A DNA stretch of 64,000 bases from an uncultured delta proteobacterium (GTDB lineage Bacteria > Desulfobacterota > RBG-13-43-22), in contig CAVUPH010000033.1 of NCBI GenBank assembly GCA_963743305.1, positions 86,569 to 150,568 of the forward strand, given 5' to 3'. The position numbers were made by a program, and so were the translations under genes. The notes under the pieces were generated by a model. The model worked only from the letters and a program-made list of their open reading frames with translations, did not search any database and was not told where the DNA came from. Positions 20,289 to 28,028 of this stretch are shown here, in pieces (positions within the stretch are counted from its first letter, which is position 1; each line of letters starts with the position of its first letter).

Positions 20289-20589
20289 GAGGTGGCCTTA
20301 ACCTCTGGGGCGGCAGGACGAAAGAGCCGCTGGGAAAGTGCTCAAACGATAGGGGATGATCCTGGAAAGGAGAATGCCGATCCGCTTGCGAGAGGTGGCG
20401 GGTATAGCGGGCCTCGGTAAAAAGGCAGAGATCGGTCAGGGTCAGGTCTTCCACCATTCGGCCCATTCGCGTCAGCCTCTCCTGATCCGCCACCACCTGG
20501 GTCAAGGCATGAAGGCTGATCAGGATTAACACCAGCGTGCAGGCAGTCATAAATACAAAAAAAAGGGAAGAGGGACGCAAGGGGTTCAA
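20272..20589 (-). CDS. Hypothetical membrane-anchored protein of the NosL/ABC cluster
   Basis: N-terminal TM helix, LTDLCLFTEARYTRH; overlaps both neighbours. Confidence 0.6.
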   Translation of the reverse strand: MNPLRPSSLFFVFMTACTLVLILISLHALTQVVADQERLTRMGRMVEDLTLTDLCLFTEARYTRHLSQADRHSPFQDHPLSFEHFPSGSFVLPPQRLRPPHANLD

Positions 20590-21059
20590 TCCAGCGGTTT
20601 CAGGATCTCGGAGGTGATTTCCTGAAAACGCAGAATCTTTTTTCCTTTATGATCTTTAAGAAACTCCCGGGCCTCGGCCTCCTTTCCAAAAGGGACTAAC
20701 TCTTTGCCCATGGGGCCAAAAACGTCGCTGCCGATGACGTAATAGGCCCGACTCCCCTCGATGCTCTCCAGGGAATAGTAGTCGGTCACGAAAATAGCGG
20801 CGGGCTCCGGCCGGGATTTGGTTGATTGGTAGGGGAAAGGATTCAAGTAGAATTTCATCAGGTCCTTCACCCCATCGAAATACAGGCGGCGGCCGTCGCG
20901 AAAAACCGTCTGGGCCACCCAGTCCGGGTATTTGTAGACGAACATGCCACAAACCGGGCACTTGTCCTTGGGCGTAGGCCTAAGGGGCTTAGGGTCACCG
21001 GCCCAGGCCCCGGCAGCCAATAGGAGGGAAACAGCTATGAAGAAGGCGGTCTTTTTCAT
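20586..21059 (-). CDS. NosL-family protein
   Basis: Signal peptide; CPVCGM, FDGVKD and GSDVFGPMG motifs. Confidence 0.85.
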   Translation of the reverse strand: MKKTAFFIAVSLLLAAGAWAGDPKPLRPTPKDKCPVCGMFVYKYPDWVAQTVFRDGRRLYFDGVKDLMKFYLNPFPYQSTKSRPEPAAIFVTDYYSLESIEGSRAYYVIGSDVFGPMGKELVPFGKEAEAREFLKDHKGKKILRFQEITSEILKPLD

Positions 21060-21205
21060 AAATTCACCGTGTGGCTTTACGATTCACCCGGGCGCGAGGG
21101 TTCGGGGAGCGGGCAGGCGCCTTGGCACACGAAAAAAAGGAGGATTCCTTTTCCCGCCCCCCCCCTCGCACACCGGGGGTTGGATTTGGTTTTCCTAAGG
21201 ACCGG

Positions 21206-21718
21206 CTATTTTTTTTCCATCATCTTTTGACGCATCATCCGTCTTCTTTCGCGGATCATTTTGGTGTCCTCGGCGATATCTTCATAGGCCGTTTTCAGGG
21301 CGCCGTCGAAATCCGCCATAGTCCCTCCGTTTTCTTTCACAAATTTCTCGGCCTCTTCCCTCTGGGCGAAGGCCCACTTGGCCCTTTTGGTCATAACCCC
21401 TGGTTTGGCCCCCCCGATCACCCAAACGGCCTTCTCGGCGTTGATCAGGGTTTTGGTTGAATAGTCGCCGACCCATAACAGCTTGGGCGTTTTATCGAGG
21501 TTTAAGGCCAGATCGATCGCCGCACAGTGCAGGCTGCAAGTGCCGACCTGGGTGCCGTCGTCATACTCGATGAGCATCCGGCTGTGGGCGAACTTTTCAC
21601 GATCCATCCCGCAATATTTGCAGGAGGTGTGCTTCTGGGTATCCTCGTGCGCCCATAGCATGGTGGATAAGGACAAAATGAAAAGTACTGAAACCAAAAG
21701 TACTAAGATTTTTTTCAT
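21206..21718 (-). CDS. NosL-family protein
   Basis: Signal peptide; CKYCGM, CSLHC and GVMT...WAF; start at ATG 21718 with AGGAGG ribosome-binding site. Confidence 0.8.
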   Translation of the reverse strand: MKKILVLLVSVLFILSLSTMLWAHEDTQKHTSCKYCGMDREKFAHSRMLIEYDDGTQVGTCSLHCAAIDLALNLDKTPKLLWVGDYSTKTLINAEKAVWVIGGAKPGVMTKRAKWAFAQREEAEKFVKENGGTMADFDGALKTAYEDIAEDTKMIRERRRMMRQKMMEKK

Positions 21719-21930
21719 AAAACCTCCTGAGATAAATACCCCTCTTCTTGCGAGGGGGCATTGTAGCGCAGACGCTACCGATTTAGGCAAATTCTTTCCA
21801 GGCCCGGCTCCCTCGCCGACGCAGCGGTTTAATCCTCGCTGGGTCGCTCCGGTTCGCTGGATTTTTTCGCGGTAAAGCCCGGGGGCTACCGTCCGGGAGC
21901 TCGTTGGGCCGCAAAAATGCGGGTCGGGAA

Positions 21931-22263
21931 TTACAGGAGGAAAGGGGGCGGTTTTTGCGGGGTACGCCCGAAAAAGGTCCGGCTGAACGGGTTTGGGGTA
22001 TCTATAGTTCCTGTCGTCCCCAGATTAAATTCCAAAACGTTCAGGGACATAATGAGGTCCTGGTCAAAGGAGGGGGATTGTTCCGGTCCGGGACAGGGGC
22101 AAGGGGATAAGGCCTCCCCGGTTGGGTGAGGCCCTTTAGGGGTGCAACAGGCACAGCCCAACCCTTTCTGTCCGAAACAGGCCATCCCCCGGGCATCCCC
22201 CCGAGAGGGCAGAAGGCCGATTAAAAGGGCGGTCAAGAGCAGAAGGATCGATAGTTGTTTCAT
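21931..22263 (-). CDS. Hypothetical secreted Cys-rich protein
   Basis: Signal-like N-terminus, CACC and CPC, C-terminal PQKPP; ATGA overlap with the TlpA gene. Confidence 0.5.
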   Translation of the reverse strand: MKQLSILLLLTALLIGLLPSRGDARGMACFGQKGLGCACCTPKGPHPTGEALSPCPCPGPEQSPSFDQDLIMSLNVLEFNLGTTGTIDTPNPFSRTFFGRTPQKPPPFLL

Positions 22264-22808
22264 TTGACCATCAAGGCGGATACCCGTTTATGCAATTCGT
22301 CTCTATTGATTTCGCCCAGGATCTTAATCCGGATCAGGCCTGCCCGGTCCACGATGAAGGTGGTGGGGATCCCGGTAATTCCGTACCGTTTGGCGGTCGA
22401 GGAATCGGCATCCAGGGGGATGGAATAGGAGACCTTGAGGCCGGCCAGATAGGCCTCCACGGCCGCGGTGTTTTCCCCCACGTTAATGGAATAAGGGAGA
22501 AATCCTTTGCTTTTGAATTGTTGGAATAGGGATTCGATGGCCAGAATTTCCTTCCGGCAAAAGGGACACCAACTGGCCCAAAAATGCACCAGACCCACCC
22601 GGCCCTTCAGATCGTCCGGCAGGGAAACTTTTCTTCCTTTCAGGTCCAGGAGGTCGGCCCGGGGGGGGACCTCTCCGATCTTAACGGCCCCTTCGGCTGC
22701 TCCCTGCGGCCCCTCTAGACTCAGCCCCAGGCCGCCTAACCCGATGAGCAATCCTTTAAGGAGGGCTCTCCTCGTCAGGAAATGGGGGAATAACAAATTA
22801 TCAGGCAT
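22260..22808 (-). CDS. TlpA/ResA-family thioredoxin-like disulfide reductase
   Basis: FWASWCPFC and GIPTTFIVD motifs; TRRALL Tat-like N-terminus. Confidence 0.87.
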   Translation of the reverse strand: MPDNLLFPHFLTRRALLKGLLIGLGGLGLSLEGPQGAAEGAVKIGEVPPRADLLDLKGRKVSLPDDLKGRVGLVHFWASWCPFCRKEILAIESLFQQFKSKGFLPYSINVGENTAAVEAYLAGLKVSYSIPLDADSSTAKRYGITGIPTTFIVDRAGLIRIKILGEINRDELHKRVSALMVK

Positions 22809-22824
22809 ACTATCTCTCGGGTTG

Positions 22825-23835
22825 TTAACAGATGCGCGGCAGTTGCTCCCCGGTCAACATGTCGATCAGCCGCCGTCCGCCGATGGCGGTTTTCATAAAT
22901 ACCAGGCCGGGGTTATCCCCGAGTACCCGCCCGATCCGGGCGGCCCCCCGACCATAGGGGTGCTGCCGCATGGCTGTCAATAATCGATCCGCTTCGGTCG
23001 GGGGGGCGACGGCCACCAGTTTCCCCTCATTGGCCAGGTACAAGGGGTCCAATCCCAGTATTTCGGCCGCGGCCTGGACCTCGTTGCTGACGGGCAGGGA
23101 ATCTTCCCATATTTCCATTGATACCTGGGATTGCTGAGCGATTTCGTTTAAAGTGGTGGCCAATCCCCCGCGGGTGGGGTCCCGGAGGACATGGAGGTCC
23201 GGGCAAACGGCCAGGAGGGCCTTAACCAGGCCGTTTAAGGGGGCCACATCGCTTTGCAGCGAAGAGTCAAAGGCCAATCCTTCCCGTTTGGAAAGAATGG
23301 TCATCCCGTGGTCTCCCAGAGTCCCGCTGACCAGGAGAACGTCCCCCGCCCGGGCATTCTGGCCGGCCACCTCGACGCCCGGGGGGATCAGGCCGATCCC
23401 GGCGGTGTTAATGAAAATCTTGTCGACATTGCCTTTGGGAACCACCTTGGTGTCCCCGGTGACCACCTGGACACCGGCCTGCCGGGCTGCTTCGCCCATG
23501 GACCGCAGGAGGCGCTCCAGATCAGACAATAAGAAACCCTCCTCCAGGATGAAGGCCAGGCTTAAATAACGGGGATCGGCTCCACGCATAGACAAGTCGT
23601 TTACCGTACCGCAGACGGCCAGAGAGCCGATGTCTCCGCCCGGGAAGAAGATGGGGTCTACCACGTAACTATCGGTGGTGAAAGCCAGACGGACCCCCCC
23701 TAGGTCCAGAGAGGCGCTATCGTTTAAATCATTCAGAAAAACGTTTTGAAAATAAGGGAGAACGGTTTCGGCAATCAAGTCGTGAGAAGAGCGGCCCCCG
23801 CTGCCATGGTCAAGCATTATTCTATTTCCAGCCAT
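22825..23835 (-). CDS. hypE: Hydrogenase maturation protein HypE
   Basis: HGSGG, GTVNDL, GDTKVV, RDPTRGG and C-terminal PRIC. Confidence 0.96.
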   Translation of the reverse strand: MAGNRIMLDHGSGGRSSHDLIAETVLPYFQNVFLNDLNDSASLDLGGVRLAFTTDSYVVDPIFFPGGDIGSLAVCGTVNDLSMRGADPRYLSLAFILEEGFLLSDLERLLRSMGEAARQAGVQVVTGDTKVVPKGNVDKIFINTAGIGLIPPGVEVAGQNARAGDVLLVSGTLGDHGMTILSKREGLAFDSSLQSDVAPLNGLVKALLAVCPDLHVLRDPTRGGLATTLNEIAQQSQVSMEIWEDSLPVSNEVQAAAEILGLDPLYLANEGKLVAVAPPTEADRLLTAMRQHPYGRGAARIGRVLGDNPGLVFMKTAIGGRRLIDMLTGEQLPRIC

Positions 23836-23993
23836 TGGTCATTCCTTTAAATTCCGATACCGGGCCTTGAATCTCCGGGTTCGGGCCTGGATTCTTTCAT
23901 AGGATGGTTTTCAGCGGCTTCGGAATGAGCGGGTGATAAAAAACGCTTAAGGAAAATAGAACAGTTCCAGATTGATCGGGAGGCCAAAGGGAC

Positions 23994-25718
23994 CTATTCG
24001 GATTCCCTGGGTCCTTTGGCCAAGGTTCGGAGCCGTTTGCCGGGATGTTTTTTAGGGGATGGCGTTTTAAGGGACCGATCGGCTCGGACCAGGGATCGGC
24101 GTTGGGAGCCTTTGATCTTTTTCCCGGTTTCCGGTTTGCTTTTTTCTTCTCCGTTTTCTTTGGCCACAAAAAGATTCAAAGTTCGTCCGGCGTGCATTCT
24201 TTTGCTTTCCTGAGGATTCCATTTTTTGATCTGATCGACGGTGATCTCATAGGTGTGGGCGATGGAAACCAAAGTGTCTCCCTTTTTGACCCGGTAGCGA
24301 AGGGGTTGCCGACCGGTGGACTGATTTTTGTTCTCCACCCGGTTTGAACGTTTAGCCGTTTTGGAATTCGCCGATCGGTTGGCTTTTAAAGACGATCCGC
24401 CTCCGCTATCTTTTTCTAAGTCTCCCTCGGGGATTTCCTCGGGCAACCCCTTCTGGGGGATCAACAGGAGGGTCCCGGCGGCGGGATAGGCGGTCAATTT
24501 AACCCGGTTCACCCTGGCGATGGTAGCGGCCTTGACTCCGTATTTTCGGGCAATGGCGGAGAATCGCTCTCCCTTCTTGACCTTGTGATGGGCGTAGACG
24601 GCGCGGGGTTTGGGTTTGGTCAACTGGGCGTAATTATCCATCAGGCGTTCCTTGGATCCGAGGGGGATGCGCAGACGGTATTCGGATTCACCCGGGGGGG
24701 TGATCCATCGTTTTAATTCCGGATTTAAGTCCACCAATTGGCTGACTTCCACCCCGGAGGCGGCGGCCACATCTTTTAATTCTATGGCCGCGGGGAGGGT
24801 CACCTCCTCATAAGACAACGGAGGCTGATAGGAGACGCCGTGAAAACCGTATTTTTCCGGCTCCTTGGCAATCAGGGCGGCCGCGATCATTTTGGGCACG
24901 TACTGCTTTGTCTCGTCCTTGATGTAGTTGCAATGCTCGGCGGTAATATCCCAATAAGTCTGGGCGTCATACATGGCCAGAGCCCTGGTGATTTTCCCTT
25001 CCCCGGCATTGTAACCGGCGGCGGCCAAATACCAGGAACCGAATCGTTTGAATAAATCGGACAAATGCCTGGCGGCGGCCTGAGTGGACTTAACCGGGTC
25101 TTTTCGTTCATCCACCCAGGAATTGACTTTAAGTCCGTACCGTTGACCGGTTTCCCGGATGAATTGCCACATGCCCGCGGCCTGAGCCCGGGAATAGGCT
25201 TTATTGCTGAAGCCGCTTTCGATCATGGCCAGATAGATTAGATCTTCCGGAAGGCCCTGTTCGTTCAATATTTTCTTGATCAAGGGGATATAACGGCCGG
25301 ATCGGGAAAGCCAGAGCGAAAATCGTTTCGGTATCTTGGTCTGGAAGTAGTCCAGGAAATATTCCACCTGATCATTAATGACGAGGGGAATATCATTGGA
25401 ACCTTCGGATTCCGAAGCGAGGCCTTTTTGCAGTTCCTTCCACTCTAAAATGACCTTTTTCCGGATTTCCTCCTGAGAGGGCCGGATCACCGGAGGGATT
25501 TCATTCACCGTTTCATTTGAGGCTTCCTCCAGGGCGGCGCCATTATCGGGACCAGCGAGCGCCGGGGAGGGCTTGAGGGTTTCCAACGGTTCGGTTAAAA
25601 TAGAGGGAGAGCCAACGCGGGCGGGTACGGAAGCGGCCGAAAGATAGGCCTCCGGGAACAGGAGCAAGGCAAAAAAAACAACCCACGAGAAACAGCCGAT
25701 CCTTGGCCATTGGTTCAT
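23994..25718 (-). CDS. mltD: Lytic murein transglycosylase with LysM domains (MltD-like)
   Basis: IESGF, GMWQF, YNAGEG and ETKQYVPK; two LysM domains. Confidence 0.88.
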   Translation of the reverse strand: MNQWPRIGCFSWVVFFALLLFPEAYLSAASVPARVGSPSILTEPLETLKPSPALAGPDNGAALEEASNETVNEIPPVIRPSQEEIRKKVILEWKELQKGLASESEGSNDIPLVINDQVEYFLDYFQTKIPKRFSLWLSRSGRYIPLIKKILNEQGLPEDLIYLAMIESGFSNKAYSRAQAAGMWQFIRETGQRYGLKVNSWVDERKDPVKSTQAAARHLSDLFKRFGSWYLAAAGYNAGEGKITRALAMYDAQTYWDITAEHCNYIKDETKQYVPKMIAAALIAKEPEKYGFHGVSYQPPLSYEEVTLPAAIELKDVAAASGVEVSQLVDLNPELKRWITPPGESEYRLRIPLGSKERLMDNYAQLTKPKPRAVYAHHKVKKGERFSAIARKYGVKAATIARVNRVKLTAYPAAGTLLLIPQKGLPEEIPEGDLEKDSGGGSSLKANRSANSKTAKRSNRVENKNQSTGRQPLRYRVKKGDTLVSIAHTYEITVDQIKKWNPQESKRMHAGRTLNLFVAKENGEEKSKPETGKKIKGSQRRSLVRADRSLKTPSPKKHPGKRLRTLAKGPRESE

Positions 25719-25828
25719 TCGTCCATCCTTTGCCGTTTGGGTATGAATTCGGTAACCCTGTATTTCAGCGGATTAAGGGATTAAATTTTCTTTTAATTAT
25801 CACGTCTTGATAAATAATACAACCCCTA

Positions 25829-25911
25829 AAAAATTTTAGGAGCCTTCCCGGTTTGAACCATCACCCCGGGTGTTCCAGCAATTGAAAACCGGGAAGGCTC
25901 CTAAAATTTTT
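25829..25911. repeat. 26-bp perfect inverted repeat with 31-nt spacer
   Basis: aaaaattttaggagccttcccggttt (25829-25854) and its reverse complement (25886-25911). Confidence 0.9.
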
Positions 25912-26069
25912 AAAAACGGCCGGGAAGGGAAAAGGGATGGCTAAAATTTTACTCCGGTGACCAGATTTTCTTTCTTCGGTATATTCCGGTTCATTCATCC
26001 AAATGCCCCCCTCTTGAAGCCCGGCATACGGGGACCAGGGATCACCTGCGGTCCGGGCCAAATGGGCTG

Positions 26070-26098
26070 AATGTATTGGCTTCCTTTCCGTTTGTCAA
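26070..26098 (-). promoter_or_regulatory. Sigma70-like promoter pointing toward mltD
   Basis: TTGACA-17 nt-TACATT on the minus strand. Confidence 0.55.
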
Positions 26099-26181
26099 GG
26101 TTTTTTGGTGGCGAATATTCGTGAAACAGTAATAATTTCGAGGCGTTATTAGAAAGGGCCGACGGGCTGAATATAGGGGCC

Positions 26182-26230
26182 AAATAAAAAAGCCGAAGAC
26201 CCGCCTTTTCCGGCAGACTTCGGCTTTATT
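26182..26230 (-). terminator. Intrinsic terminator after the HesB-like gene
   Basis: aaaaagccgaag...cttcggctttattt hairpin. Confidence 0.65.
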
Positions 26231-26243
26231 TGATGAAATACGG

Positions 26244-26564
26244 CTAACAACTACAAGAAGTACCGCAGGTTCCTCCACCGCCCAAGCTGACATCCGAAGT
26301 AACCATAAATCCCGAACGTCCCCATTGGTCTACAAAATCCACTTTTATTTCTTTGGCCTGCTCCTCCAAACTCTTATCGACTACATAGGTCAGGCCGTTA
26401 ATTTCAAATACGTTGTCCGTCTCTTTAGACTCATCCAGAGCCAAGGCCAAGGAAGGCCCTGATCAGCCACCTTGACTTAAAAAAATACGGATGGGCGAGT
26501 TCACATTTTGTTTGGAAAAATAATCTTTAAATGCACTTTGAGCCTGTTCGGTTACCGTTAACAT
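26244..26564 (-). CDS. HesB/IscA-like selenoprotein (106 aa, Sec34)
   Basis: MLTVTEQAQ...IRIFLSQGG-TGA(26463-26465)-SGPSLALALDE...CGTSCSC; in-frame UGA at the conserved Cys position with a downstream hairpin. Confidence 0.88.
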
Positions 26565-26656
26565 AATTAACCCCTCTTTTCTCAATGATATTTCGTTTTG
26601 TTTATACTACTTAATGATTTTCTCTAAAAAGAAATTAGTCACCGGACCACTCTTTG

Positions 26657-27556
26657 TCAAGAACTGGAAGCGATTTGTTTTAAAATCGGCTCCAAACTGA
26701 TTCGGTGGTCATTAAGCCCCAATAGGTTTCTATCCAGGCCGAAGGCCAGTCCGATAAGCTGGGAGATATGGAAAGCGGGGAGATTAAACCCGTCGTGATA
26801 CTTACGTTCCAACATCATTTGCCCCCGATCAAACTGGGAAAAACAGGAAGGGCAGCCTACGGCAATGGCCTGGATATGATGCTTTCTCATGTGGCTGAGT
26901 TTTTCCCGGGTAATTTCGTTGGCCGCTTCCTGATCAATATTGGTCCCTAAAGCCGATCCGCAGCAGAGGAATTTTCGGGAATATTCTATCGGTTCGGCGC
27001 CTAACAAAGACAGGATCTGGTCCATGCTTTTGGGTACATAACTGTCGGCTTCTGATAAATTTTCCGGGTACATCAGCCGGGGCGGGCGGTAGAGGTGACA
27101 GCCGTAATGGCAGCCGATCCGGACCCGACTCAACGAGTGAACGGCCCGCTCGCCCAGTCGAGCCAGGCCCAGGTCGTCAACCAGGACGTCCAGGAGGTGC
27201 TTGACTTTAATGGTTCCTTGATAGCTATGACCGAATTCCTGCAGCAGGCCGTTGACCTGGTTTTTTCGCTGGGGATCCTTTTTTAAGGCCAGGTTGGCCT
27301 CCTTCAAGGTATTCACGCAACCGTTGCAGATGGAGATGATGTTGACTCCGGCCTCTTCGGCCAGACAGAGATTTCGGGCCGCTAAGGCCAGCCAACTGTC
27401 GAAGTGGACCAGTTTCAGTTGGGTCGGAGCCGGGCAGCAGGAAAAAGGCAGGTCCAGCAGTTCCACGTCCAAGGCCTGGAGCACCTCGCGGGTGGCCTTT
27501 TCAAAGCCCGGATACTTCACCGGGATCACACAGCCTAAAAAGAGTGCATATTTCAT
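26657..27556 (-). CDS. hdrB: Heterodisulfide reductase subunit B
   Basis: Two CCG domains: GC...CCP...CNGC and HYGCH...CCG...CPSC. Confidence 0.9.
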   Translation of the reverse strand: MKYALFLGCVIPVKYPGFEKATREVLQALDVELLDLPFSCCPAPTQLKLVHFDSWLALAARNLCLAEEAGVNIISICNGCVNTLKEANLALKKDPQRKNQVNGLLQEFGHSYQGTIKVKHLLDVLVDDLGLARLGERAVHSLSRVRIGCHYGCHLYRPPRLMYPENLSEADSYVPKSMDQILSLLGAEPIEYSRKFLCCGSALGTNIDQEAANEITREKLSHMRKHHIQAIAVGCPSCFSQFDRGQMMLERKYHDGFNLPAFHISQLIGLAFGLDRNLLGLNDHRISLEPILKQIASSS

Positions 27557-27557
27557 C

Positions 27558-28028
27558 TTAACTCAGTTCGATGACCTCGTTCAATCCGGTTTTTCTAAGA
27601 AGGCCCTCAATTTCGTCCACCGCCAGAGGACCCAGGGGGGGCAGGGCCAGCCTCTTCCGGTCGCGATGAACCTTGTCCGATATCACCAGGGTCCGGCCGG
27701 TCTTGGCCACCAGGTCCACTCCAAATTTAATTTTCTCGGGCAGATTCCCCCGTTGAGCGGCCAGGTTACAGATGGCCGTCAGCAGATCGGAGATATGAAT
27801 TTCCTGGGGACAGCGGTCTTCGCAAACCTGGCAGGTAGTACAGTACCAGATGCGTTCATCGTTGATCACCGCCTCCTGACCCAGATTCAAGCAGCGCAAG
27901 AGGGTCTCCCGGGGGCCATAGGAATGGTCCAGGACCATGGCCGCCGGACAGCTCCCGGTACACCGGGCGCACTGATAGCATTCAAAGAGGTCTTCCTTGT
28001 TGAACATTTCCCAGATGCTTTTGATCAC
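27558..28028 (-). CDS. hdrC: Heterodisulfide reductase subunit C
   Basis: CYQCARCTGSCP and WYCTTCQVCEDRCP. Confidence 0.88.
   Translation of the reverse strand: MIKSIWEMFNKEDLFECYQCARCTGSCPAAMVLDHSYGPRETLLRCLNLGQEAVINDERIWYCTTCQVCEDRCPQEIHISDLLTAICNLAAQRGNLPEKIKFGVDLVAKTGRTLVISDKVHRDRKRLALPPLGPLAVDEIEGLLRKTGLNEVIELS

Noticed and set aside
25820-26060. 6S RNA or known riboswitch
   Set aside because: No recognisable consensus; kept only as an unexplained structured leader.
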